Origin: Eledone cirrhosa
Lineage: Eukaryota
Reading direction: 5' to 3'
Assembly: GCA_964016885.1 (NCBI GenBank)
Contig: OZ024743.1
Coordinates: 224,254,001 to 224,318,000 of the forward strand
DNA: 64,000 bases
This document shows, piece by piece, positions 35,801 through 44,190 of this stretch. The position numbers were made by a program, and so were the translations under genes. Below the pieces are notes generated by a model, which saw only the letters and a list, made by a program, of their open reading frames with translations, searched no databases and had not been told where the DNA came from. Every line of letters starts with the position of its first letter. Positions within the stretch are counted from its first letter, which is position 1.

Positions 35801-35826
35801 TCAATACGAGTTAGTTTGAAATCCAT
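1133..35826 (-). CDS. BBS7: Bardet-Biedl syndrome 7 protein (BBSome subunit), spliced gene, 3' end outside window
   Basis: 15 exons with GT-AG ends and consistent phases: 35791-35826, 32508-32567, 31639-31701, 30422-30597, 28501-28687, 26488-26560, 25948-26014, 23963-24012, 22592-22722, 20600-20684, 18509-18608, 6876-7068, 3055-3129, 2533-2735, 1133-1297 (1664 nt). Translation is colinear with recalled BBS7: [14 protein letters not shown]..., [93 protein letters not shown]. Confidence 0.96.
2422..2499. mobile_element. 78-bp Tc1/mariner-type MITE (hairpin)
   Basis: TA|CAGGGTGTCCACAAAGTCAC...GTGACTTTTGGGACACCCTG|TA; near-perfect palindrome with TA duplication. Confidence 0.85.
2533..2735 (-). 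CDS. BBS7: BBS7 exon 14 ([16 protein letters not shown]...RTHSIDSTR)
   Basis: AACAG acceptor, GTATTT donor, 203 nt; within ORF 2451..2846. Confidence 0.95.
3055..3129 (-). CDS. BBS7: BBS7 exon 13 ([25 protein letters not shown])
   Basis: TTTTCAG acceptor, GTAAAG donor, 75 nt. Confidence 0.94.
3321..3543. mobile_element. piggyBac-like MITE (~220 bp); copies at 6608-6799, 14270-17141 (split by Helitrons), 20159-20356, 25674-25881, 31901-32098
   Basis: Consensus TTAA|CCCTTTAGCATTTA...TAAATGCTAAAGGG|TTAA termini, shared interior. Confidence 0.85.
3640..5365 (+). mobile_element. CR1-clade LINE 3' part (RT ORF within 4228..5262) with a second 5'-truncated copy nested at ~3709-4290
   Basis: [57 protein letters not shown]...WN.LP; (ATT)n tails. 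Confidence 0.92.
5393..5608. mobile_element. Second ~210-bp MITE-like family (related copies ~1600-1760, ~3265-3600, ~10525-10720)
   Basis: Shared interior (ATGTTTATAG.ATCTTTA...AAGAATGTC.TGCTAATG...GGTACAGG) with CTCTTAACATCC / GGATGTTAAGAG-like ends. Confidence 0.55.
6876..7068 (-). CDS. BBS7: BBS7 exon 12 ([10 protein letters not shown]...[24 protein letters not shown])
   Basis: CATAG acceptor, GTACAG donor, 193 nt; within ORF 6867..7205. Confidence 0.95.
7527..7564 (-). ncRNA. Minimal type I hammerhead ribozyme motif (U3-A8 variant)
   Basis: ACAU-UUGAAAA-GAGGGUGAUAGCCCC-GAAA-UA-UC-AUGU directly 3' of a GIY-YIG remnant. Confidence 0.6.
7527..7903 (-). mobile_element. Penelope-like element fragment (GIY-YIG 3' end) with inverted 5' segment
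   Basis: Minus 7600-7817 reads [28 protein letters not shown]...[10 protein letters not shown]; plus 7819-7903 reads [28 protein letters not shown]. Confidence 0.8.
9014..9092 (+). repeat. Degenerate interstitial (TTAGGG)n tract
   Basis: About 13 units of TTAGGG/TTAGAG/TTAAGG. Confidence 0.85.
9681..10518 (+). mobile_element. Degraded, internally deleted mariner element
   Basis: HTH remnants [45 protein letters not shown]; degenerate TIRs GTGTATCAGAAAAG / CTTTTCTGACACAC. Confidence 0.8.
10880..11710 (+). mobile_element. RTE LINE 3' remnant
   Basis: Homologous to the 3' ends of the RTE copies at 47030-47930 and 51610-52470 (GR.YDAC...LHG.ETW, LERN.ACML.WMCN); (GAT)n tail. Confidence 0.85.
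13000..13830 (+). mobile_element. Degraded CRE-clade (restriction-like endonuclease) non-LTR 3' end
   Basis: Pieces [19 protein letters not shown] and RVDGKKSDG...[15 protein letters not shown] resemble the recalled CRE motif R.DG.RPDG...L.WD.T..D..AP. Confidence 0.65.
14339..16998 (-). mobile_element. Tandem head-to-tail dimer of a non-autonomous Helitron (units ~14339-15638 and 15639-16998)
   Basis: On minus each unit ends in hairpin CCCGAGCAACGCCGGG followed by ...GCTAG; 5' TC; inserted at an A|T with no TSD; 4 x ~91-bp internal repeats per unit. Confidence 0.85.
18509..18608 (-). CDS. BBS7: BBS7 exon 11 ([19 protein letters not shown]...IKVLR)
   Basis: TTTTATAG acceptor, GTAACT donor, 100 nt, G...GLTT motif. 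Confidence 0.88.
19504..19940 (+). mobile_element. Probable small non-autonomous Helitron with internal ~50-bp inverted repeat (19753-19873)
   Basis: A|TCTATATTAT start, CTAG|T end, degenerate subterminal hairpin. Confidence 0.5.
20600..20684 (-). CDS. BBS7: BBS7 exon 10 ([28 protein letters not shown])
   Basis: TAG acceptor, GTATGT donor, 85 nt. Confidence 0.93.
20798..21310 (+). mobile_element. CR1 3' fragment interrupted by a SINE (21054-21232)
   Basis: Matches 5085-5365 (CGTGGACATGC...CACCTGAGCACTGT) on both sides of the SINE. Confidence 0.85.
21054..21232 (+). mobile_element. tRNA-derived SINE with Meta-domain-like core; copies ~24648-24825, 35390-35640, 38898-39078, 41970-42120 (minus), 56608-56790, 59340-59480
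   Basis: A/B-box-like TGGCA.TATCGG and GAGTTCAAATCC; core GCCTTTCATCCTT.CG.GGTCGATAAAATAAAGTACCAG; (ATT)n tail. Confidence 0.8.
22592..22722 (-). CDS. BBS7: BBS7 exon 9 ([29 protein letters not shown]...KYSH)
   Basis: TTTAG acceptor, GTAACT donor, 131 nt. Confidence 0.94.
23020..23355 (+). mobile_element. tRNA-derived SINE with CORE-like segment and RTE-derived (GAT)n tail; copies 24093-24443 (minus), 27838-28098, 60726-61050
   Basis: TAGTGGTTAGAGC (A box), GAGTTCAATTC (B box), CCTTGAGCAAGACACTT; 3' GGAAGGGCATCCAGCTGTAGAAA...GGACGTAAAA(TGA)n shared with RTE 3' ends. Confidence 0.85.
23963..24012 (-). CDS. BBS7: BBS7 exon 8 ([16 protein letters not shown])
   Basis: TTCCAG acceptor, GTAAGT donor, 50 nt, KWEI.N.KK motif. 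Confidence 0.9.
24940..25200 (-). mobile_element. CR1 3' fragment
   Basis: Reverse complement of the 5015-5350 CR1 region, with an internal deletion. Confidence 0.85.
25948..26014 (-). CDS. BBS7: BBS7 exon 7 ([23 protein letters not shown])
   Basis: TTTTTAG acceptor, GTATCC donor, 67 nt, GTSDG motif. Confidence 0.9.
26488..26560 (-). CDS. BBS7: BBS7 exon 6 ([24 protein letters not shown])
   Basis: AAG acceptor, GTAAGT donor, 73 nt. Confidence 0.9.
28501..28687 (-). CDS. BBS7: BBS7 exon 5 ([18 protein letters not shown]...[10 protein letters not shown]...[15 protein letters not shown])
   Basis: TAG acceptor, GTTTGT donor, 187 nt. Confidence 0.93.
30422..30597 (-). CDS. BBS7: BBS7 exon 4 (SVFKTLP...NLSENIESM)
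   Basis: CAG acceptor, GTATGT donor, 176 nt; overlaps ORF 30391..30594. Confidence 0.94.
31639..31701 (-). CDS. BBS7: BBS7 exon 3 ([21 protein letters not shown])
   Basis: TTTCAG acceptor, GTAAGT donor, 63 nt. Confidence 0.92.
32508..32567 (-). CDS. BBS7: BBS7 exon 2 ([20 protein letters not shown])
   Basis: TTTTTAG acceptor, GTAAAA donor, 60 nt, phase 0-0. Confidence 0.9.
32920..33290. repeat. Degenerate ~19-bp minisatellite (GGAAGGGCAGTGTCCAA-like)
   Basis: Repeated CAGTGTCCA.GAAG units. Confidence 0.8.
33620..33690 (+). mobile_element. hAT-like terminal sequence (one end only)
   Basis: CAGTGATTCTTAACCTTTT...GGCACCCC is typical of hAT termini; partner end not found. Confidence 0.4.
34358..35093 (+). 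mobile_element. Merlin (IS1595/ISXO2-like) DNA transposon, deleted derivative
   Basis: ~57-bp TIRs GGCGTTCCTTACT.TTAGCGGTGTCAAGA.TGAAAGTAAATTTATTT.CATTTTCGA; flanks ATCGACTTT/ATCGACTTC; ORF with [29 protein letters not shown]; frameshifted N-terminal WRWRC...SVRQNSFFE; inserted into a SINE. Confidence 0.92.
35791..35826 (-). CDS. BBS7: BBS7 coding exon 1 ([12 protein letters not shown])
   Basis: ATG at 35826, donor GTAAAA; resembles the BBS7 N-terminus MDL.L.R.DY.Q. Confidence 0.9.
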
Positions 35827-36411
35827 ATTTGAAGTTAGAAAACGTTCCTTTATTCGCTAACTTGTTCGTTGTCAAGCACCTGTTTGTATGCAATGTATAC
35901 CGCAGATAATAAAATACATTCTTTCTATTGCATAAATAAAGACGAAATTCATTATATAAAAAGTAATTATAATATGATAAAATAATATTTTAGAAATATC
36001 AATTACGTAGTATAATTTAAGTAATATTTTGTTTATAGTCATTTTATAGTTAAACAGTATGAGTTTATTTATTTATTTTTAAAATTTTCCTCAGTTAATT
36101 CTGATATCATAGATTTCTATTTCCTGTTTTTAAAGTAAATGCCATTGTTTTTGCTTCTGTCATTATATCTCCTGAATTATTTTAAAATTGATTGCATGTA
36201 AAATTATTGACAACTTCATTGTAATTTGGCGATTACTGAGTTCTTCGATTTAGTAAGTTGTTCTTCATTTTTCGCTTTATATTTCACTTTGAAACTGAAG
36301 ATGAATGCTTAGATTGAAGTAATTTTCGTAACTTAATTGGTTAAAGATGATGTAAAACGAGTTTAGCTTGACGTTTGAAAGACTGATTTCGGATACTGTA
36401 TTCATAAATAT

Positions 36412-37479
36412 ACCAGATAGAAAAATGCGTACAGCAAAAAAAAGTAATATTGTTGGAATATAAACCTTTAAAAATAAGAACAAGAAACTAAAATAAAACT
36501 TTAAAAGAATAGGACAAGAAACTAAGATAAAACTTTAAAAGAATAGGACAAGAAACTAAGATAAAACTTTAAAGAATTGGACAAGAAATAAAAAATTTTA
36601 CAATAATATTAGTGGCAAAATTTTTATTGGTAAAAAATCGAGTTCCACATTCAAAGGCTCTGGGTGTTCCACATTCAGAGGTCGTCGTCAGACCGGGGGG
36701 ATCATTTGATCCTGGTTTGAACACCAATTGGGCCATAACCATACCCCTATTTCATCATTCGGCGACACGCCTAATGTGTCATGCATGGGCCCATGAGCAC
36801 AGATCTTGAGCAGCATCGGGCGGTCTTGTCCCGCTCATCCTTGATCTTGACCAACCCGTTCATCTTTTCCTTGCATCTTGTCTTTGAGTTCAAGTCCGGC
36901 AGTCCAGATAAATGCGTGCCACAGCTTTCTGGTACAGGAAGAGGGAGCTGGAGGGATGACGGGACAGAGGGAGGGAGGACCGGTGGTTGAGGGAGGTGCC
37001 GTAGTCGGTGGTCAGAGTCGACATCTTGTCCCGGTCAGAGTCGACATCTTCGTCTGGCGTTGCGGGACCAGAAGTGCATTCTTGGAGGAGACCTGCAGCT
37101 GCATAGGCCAATTCTTCTTGCAATGGTCATTCTGACGGAGCAGAACTGCTCAGCCAACCAACCCCAACCAGAACCAACCGCTCAGGGGCAACGCACAATG
37201 AGAGCATGACAATTATTATGCACTAATCAAGAAGATACTGGGGCATAGCACAGGAAACGAATAAAAAAATTTTGCCACTAATATTATTGTAAAATTTTTT
37301 ATTTCTTGTCCAATTCTTTAAAGTTTTATCTTAGTTTCTTGTCCTATTCTTTTAAAGTTTTATCTTAGTTTCTTGTCCTATTCTTTTAAAGTTTTATTTT
37401 AGTTTCTTGTCCTGTATTTTTAAAGGTTTATATTCCAACAATATTACTTTTTTTTGCTGTACGCATTTTTCTATCTGGT
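36412..37479. mobile_element. Unclassified long-TIR element (~215-bp TIRs with 34-bp tandem subrepeats, GC-rich ~630-bp interior)
   Basis: 36412-36628 is the near-perfect reverse complement of 37260-37479. Confidence 0.85.
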
Positions 37480-39569
37480 CTACTATTTTTTAAAGCAATG
37501 CAAGCAACAACTATCTAATAATTAAATGATCATAGTGAATTACTGACAAGTGATTGACATTTTAAAGTTCTTTTGAGTATAATTGCAATCTAGTTGAGGC
37601 AACTGGCTTCATGACAAAGCTACGTCATTTCTGGATTACCTCCCCTAGCGTCACGCTTACTACTCAATCGCTTGAACACAAGATTTATCAGCAAACTTTG
37701 ATTATAAACTTTTTTCCCGCTGGACCAAATTTCTAGATTTTTAAGCCAAAAGATGCGTAATGATCTACTGTTCATGCTCATATAAGTTTTATCTCAGTTA
37801 AATAAAGTAGAGCCACGCTGTACTGTCGTAAACAGACGATTGCCAACGAAAACACGACCACAACAATATTAACATTCATAGCTTGTCTGTGTTATCGGAA
37901 TACAGTTAAGAGGCTTCAAAACTATGACAATTTAAGAGAATGGGATAATATTACAATACCGCGAATAAGTATGAGATTTATAAAGAAACGATAAATCGAA
38001 GATTAACATTGGTCATACCATCTGCGTTACTCTTTCGTTGTTGATACGTCAAAATGAAAAAAATGAGTTGAGAGATAATGAAAGGGATTTGTTTTATTTA
38101 CATTGTTCAAATTATTTATTAACAGATTAAAATGTGTTTTGTAATGTGTTGCATTTTATATTTAACAAATTAACAAAAAGTGAAAATGTATTTCATAATT
38201 TCTCCAACCTGAAATCCAACGTAAAGTACAAAATACACAATACAAAACTCTACATTGTAAATAAGATCGTTATTGCTCCAATCTGTCCACAAAAAACTGA
38301 GCAAACATCCTAAACCGAACGCCAACCTGCACTCATGATTCCTGCTCAACCAACAAGCAACCCACTTTCCAAATTCGGCAAACCGAAAGCGGCCCTTCCG
38401 AAACTCGACATTCAGAACAGGACAACAACAGCCATCAAATGAGGGAAACAGACGTTATCAAACTGCAGCTGTTATATTACCTCGTTTATATATAATAAAA
38501 TTATTATCTGCAGAGACTACGACCCCATTACTCCATCTATTCCTGTCGTCTTTCGACTTTAAATCCTCAAACTATCCACTTAGATGACTTTATATGATAT
38601 TATAATATGAACATTCTTTTGTTTTAACTATCACAGAAATTCAGAAATCAACATACATAATGAAATGTATTAGACATAAAATGGTAAGGAGTTGATTGTC
38701 AGATCAAATCAAGTATACAAGGTTTCTATTGCAAATACTATCTGCCGGTCATGACTCCTGGATGAAGAAGCGACATGAAATAAAGTACAACAACACAACA
38801 TGCCGTCTGGGTCCAGGAAGCAAACCCACAACCTTATGATCGAGAGTCATACAGGCTAACAACTAAATGTTCAATCACAAGGCATTATTATCCAACTGGC
38901 AGTATCGGCAGAGGGTCGGACGTCATGCTTTGACGCATAGAGTTACGACCCTTGCCATTCTGAGTTCAAATCCCGCCGAGGTTAACTTTGCTTTTCATCT
39001 TTACGGGGTCGATAAAATAAAGTACCAGCAATACACATGGTAATTGCTGGCATTGTGCCAAAAGTAGAAACAATTATTATCCAACATAATTTCATTTTAC
39101 ATTCAATGGTGATGCCTCAGCTTGTTGGCTTGGAATATGTAAAAGAATTTAAATCAGTTATGACAATAATTTTATTTCATAAACATTAATATCAAATATA
39201 ATTTCATTTTACTTTCCTTCATATCACTTACAATCATTTTGTTTTACTAATAAAATTTTAGAATTTACATCATCAGTCCCTGTATGAACAAGGCATGGTC
39301 AGCCGACCAGACACTGCCCGCAACAGGACAACCCGTCTAACCCATGCTAGCATGGAAGAACGGACGTAAAACGGTGATGATTTTTCACACTAGCATGGGT
39401 TAGACTGATTGTCCCGTTTGAAGCAAGTCGGGTCAGGTGACCGTGTCTTGCTCATACAGAACTGTTTCTGGCTAGGTATCTATGGCTGGATGCCCTTCTT
39501 AACGCCAACCACATTCACAGTGTGTGCTGGGTGTTTTTTGTTGTGGCTCCTACACAATCACTTTACAAA

Positions 39570-40150
39570 ACAAAGAGAAAATAAAGGTTTCAGTGCAAAT
39601 GAAAACCACAATTATATTAGAGAAGCGGGGAAAAGTAATAGAGGAGATGGAAAAACTTCTCAGCATATGGAGACAAACACCAGCATTGAATTCCATTGAG
39701 CATGATGCTAATTCAAGAGAAGACTATGAGCCTTTTCTATGATTTAAAAGAAAAATATGGTGAAGGTTCTGAAGAGCAGGTGTTCACTGCCAGTCATGGC
39801 TGGTTTAATCATTTCAAGGCTCATGCTAACCTCCGTAATCTAAAAGTGAGTGGTGACTTTGAGCAACTCATTGAAGCACAAGGAGAGGATGTCACTAATG
39901 AGGATTTGATGGGACTAGAGGCTCAGCGAAAGCAGGAAGATAAAGAACAAGACGAACTGAAGAAATTCCAGACAAAGCTGATGACCAAGGGATTTTCTTT
40001 TGAAGAAGGCTTGGCAATCTTGGAGGGACAGGACCCCAATGTTGAACGATACACGAAAGTAGCAGCTATAGTTCACGATGCCTTGCAATGCTATTATTCA
40101 ATTAATGATGAAAAGAAGAGAACTACTATCCAGATATTCTCCCGGTAGAT
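39570..40150 (+). mobile_element. Tigger/pogo-like transposase remnant with large internal deletion
   Basis: MEKLLSIW...LIQEK..SLF.DLK...FTASHGWF.HFK (CENP-B HTH) fused to the C-terminus QDPNVERYTKVAA.V..A.QCY..I.DEKKR. Confidence 0.88.
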
Positions 40151-40689
40151 AAATAGTTAGGTAGAAAACTTGCTCAATTTACTCTTCCACAAAATTTAAG
40201 CCATCAGGTAGAGAACTTGCTCGATTTACTCTTCCATAAAATCTAAACCATCTTGACTGAGGTGTCTCATTAGTAGCAGTACACAAAGATTAGCTGTAAA
40301 ATGTCTTATGAAGAACAACCTCCTAATTATGTTTATTTCTTAAGTTTTGTGGGTGTAGTATATATTTAATAGTTCCATATCACTCCATAGACAGGATTAT
40401 ATTTAGAGGAGAAAATGAAAACCATGGAATTGTGAGGGAGATGCAGAGAATAAGTGCAAAATAAAGATGCCTGCTTTAGAAGTGAAAATGGCCTTGTCTG
40501 GGCCAAATTAACCCGTAGGTTTTCAGTTATTTTGGGCTCCCTCTGGCACTTCAATATTTCAACCCACTTCAGCAAAAAGAAGAAAAAAAACATTGACAAG
40601 CTCCTAGGCTTTAACCAATCATCCTTATGAATAATATGACCTTTGTTGTTGTGTTGTGTACTTCAATGTAACATCTTTTCTTACAGGAA

Positions 40690-43173
40690 ATGTCTGAACA
40701 GCAAGGTGTGAGTTCTTTCCCTTTGCCTCCAATGCAATATATCAGTTTGTACACAGATGATCACATCAAACGTGGTAGAGTTCCACAGCCACCTCCACCT
40801 ATTCAAGTAAGATATCTTTGTTCATTGATTCAATAAAGCATATTTTAATCAACAGTACTTACATGTACTTATTCATCTCTTCTTTATTAGTTGTCTTCAT
40901 TTTTATATAGTTGGAGGTCGTGAACATTCATTCCAATAGAGAAAGCTTTGAAGCCTCTGTCATGGATGTGCGATTGATAATCGACCAAGTACAGGTGACT
41001 CCAAAGGAAGTTGTTCTCATCTTTGGGTCGCCCAATCCCTGCCCACCATTCAATCAACCCTCAAGTTCAAGATCTACCAGCTCAAAACCTTCATGAGCAG
41101 ACTACACCTGATTGATGTACATCTGACTCTCTTCCTGCTGAGGAATTTTTCATCATGTTGAAGCTATTATATTGCTTTCATAGCATCCCTGTTACAGTCA
41201 TGCATTTCATCTCATAGACCTCGATGCCTGCATCTGGTGTGGTGGAGATATCCAACGTTTGCACTGGGTGGCATTAAACCACTTTACCTGTCAGATTGAG
41301 TGGCCTTAGTCTCTGATCTCTAGTTTCATTGGCATTGCCAGCATTTTTGTTGCTGACCTCCTGTCAAGCTCTCATTGACAAGGTTTTCTAGAAACACATG
41401 AGCACTTTCTCTAGTAGCAACCTGCTGCATTTCCTGACAGACCCAGGTTTTGCTGCCCATCAAGCCGAAGATCACAAGCTGTTGAAGTAACAGCCACTTT
41501 CCAATAGAACAGTAATGTTTTCACCAATGTTCAACGGAAACTATATATATCATCACCATTATAATTATTTTTATGTCCACTTTTTTATGCTTGCATGAGT
41601 TGGATGGATCCTTCTCAGCACAGCATCTCTCCACATATCATGATCCTTTGTCATCACCTCTGTGAGTCATTGATTTAAGGCCAGCTCTCACAACCTCTAT
41701 CCATGTCTTTCTTGGTCTACCTCTACTACGACTTCCTTCCACTGGCGTTTCCTGGCACTTCTTCACTTAATGATCATTGTCCATGTGCATCGCATGTCTA
41801 AACCAATGCAGTCTTCTCTCCTGCACACCACCTCAGATTCCTCTTAAACCCAGCTTCTCTTTCAACTCGTCTAAGCTCTGCCTCTCTCTCACACTTACAG
41901 AACATGGCTGCTTCATTTCTCTCCAGTCTATGCATGCAGACGAGTACACATCTACAGCCAATGAAATTGACACCAGTGCATTACTGGTACTTTATTTTAT
42001 CGACCCCGTAAGGATAAAAGGCAAAGCTAACCACAGGAGGATTTAAACTCAGAGCGTAAAGTGCCGTAACTCTATGCCATGAAGCATATTGTCCGACCCG
42101 CTACCAATTCTGCCAACCTATTGCCCTAATAATAATAATAATAATAATGTAGTATGGGAGGAGGCAGTGGTGGGAAGACAGTCGTGTGTATATCTCTGTC
42201 GAGGGGGTTACACCTGTGTATATGTATTATATATATATGTGAAAAGTCAAAAAGGAAAAACAACACAGGTGTATGGTACAGTACAATGATGATATATATA
42301 AGTTTAACGCTTGATATAGTAGAAAAAGAGTCTGTTACATGATAGAATGAGAGATAGAAGAAATTGAAAGATAGTCAAGTGTAAGAAGAGGGAGAAAGTT
42401 TTTTGCCCTAGATTTCCATTAAAAAAATGCTAGATTGTTCAAATTTGGGAATCAAAATATCAACTAACATTCTCAGTTGATTGTGAAGTGATTTTTACTC
42501 CATAGCAGATATAGATATAGTCTTTGATATAATGTTTCCTTTCTAAAATTATTTGTTATTGAAATTTATCACATTTTAAAAATTATTTGTATTAATCTAA
42601 TTTTATTTATTTGTTTATTTTCTTTTAAAGGACAGCTATATGATGTTTGGAGTGCCATTTAATGCAGATGATACTATTATTCGACCCTTAGAAACACAAG
42701 GGTTTCGACGTCTTTATCCACAGAACTATGACCACAAACGAGAATTGAAGAAATTAAATCATTCTATTTTGATCAACTTCTTAGATTTACTTGATATCCT
42801 CATTCGAGCTCCAGATTCTCCAAAGCGTACAGAAAAACTAGATGATATGAACTTGCTTTTTATTCACATGCACCATTTAATAAATGAATTCCGTCCTCAT
42901 CAGGCACGGGAAACACTTCGAATGATGATGGAGTATCAAAAACGTCAACGATTAGAAATTGCTGACAAATTTCAAAAACATCTCGATGGTGTAAAAGAAC
43001 TGATTCTTAAGTCTTTGCAAGCTCTACCTGATGCAGATGCTATGGAATGCAAAGCTATGACTTCGAGTGAAATATTGCAGGCAAAGGACAAATCTGAAAG
43101 TAAACCAATGGACATTGAACCATGTGATGGTTTAGACAAAATAATGTGTGAGATTGTAGACAATTTGAGTTAG
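40690..43173 (+). CDS. MED7: Mediator of RNA polymerase II transcription subunit 7; exons 40690-40806 and 42631-43173 (219 aa)
   Basis: [24 protein letters not shown]...PQPPPPIQ|DSYMMFG...IIRPLE.QG..RLYP...[64 protein letters not shown] are MED7 signatures; phase-0 intron GTAAGA...TTTTAAAG; an acceptor TTACAG just before the ATG implies an upstream non-coding exon. Confidence 0.97.
41550..41900 (-). mobile_element. RTE-type LINE 3' remnant
   Basis: Minus strand reads RLHWFRH.MH...[12 protein letters not shown]; CAT-repeat tail on plus. Confidence 0.6.
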
Positions 43174-43599
43174 AAATTTTTGTACCAATACATATTTAAT
43201 TCTACTAAAATATTCTTGATAAATAGTAAAATTCATCTTTTTTTTTAATATTTTTCGAAAAAATAATTTTAAGCTCACTTAAACATTTAAAAACGAAACA
43301 ATATTAAAAATGCAGTCGATTTTATTTGTTTGTTTTTTAATTATATATATATATATATATATTTAATGTTCAAATTTGATTTTATAGTCCACAGTAAAAT
43401 AGGGAAAAGACAGTTCAGAGTTTAATCTAATCAGTAAATTTCCACTCATAGTAATTTTACAATATCTTAGAGCATATATAAAATGAATAAAAATAACAAG
43501 GATTAAATTACATTAAATCAATTAATTGATTTACAAACATTTTTATCAATACAGTAAGAAAATACATTTTTTCCTCAGTACTGATTTGATTTGGGCATA

Positions 43600-43930
43600 T
43601 TGCCATAGAAGTAATGTATTATATAAGTGTGAAATTTTAACTTTTAATAAATCCTTTTATTACATAGGAGCAACTGCTAATAATTTTAAAACTAGGTTTC
43701 ATGCGCATCTACACTAATAAAAAAGTGAAAAATTCTACCACTTTAGCTAAACTAATCTTCACTCTAAAAAAGGTTAATATTCAGTATTCTATGAGATGGA
43801 GTATGATTAATTCAGCAAAACCATATGGAGGCAGTAGAACTAGATGTAACTTCTAAATTTAGTCTGCTCAACTCTAGAAATGAGATAATCCTTTCTTGTT
43901 CTCATAGAACCTTTCACCCTTTCGTTTATA
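43600..43930 (+). mobile_element. Penelope GIY-YIG remnant downstream of MED7
   Basis: CHRSNVLYKC.I......YYIGATANNFKTRF.AH. Confidence 0.7.
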
Positions 43931-44190
43931 AAATCCTTGAAGCTGATTAATTATACCTGCTTACCTTCCAGTTAATAGATCCTTTATACCCTGTCTATAG
44001 GCTAGACTAACTTATAATAATTATTTTATCCATGGTAAACCTATGTATTTGAACTGTATATATATATATAACTGTATATATATATATATACTTATCTGTG
44101 TATACATATATGTCTATATATATATACACATGTGTTTATATATATATATACATATGTGTGTATATATATATACATATATGTATATATATA

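Noticed and set aside
42640-43173. ORF-track start at 42640 as the MED7 start
   Set aside because: The conserved N-terminus (FPLPP...YTD...PPPP) is in the upstream exon 40690-40806
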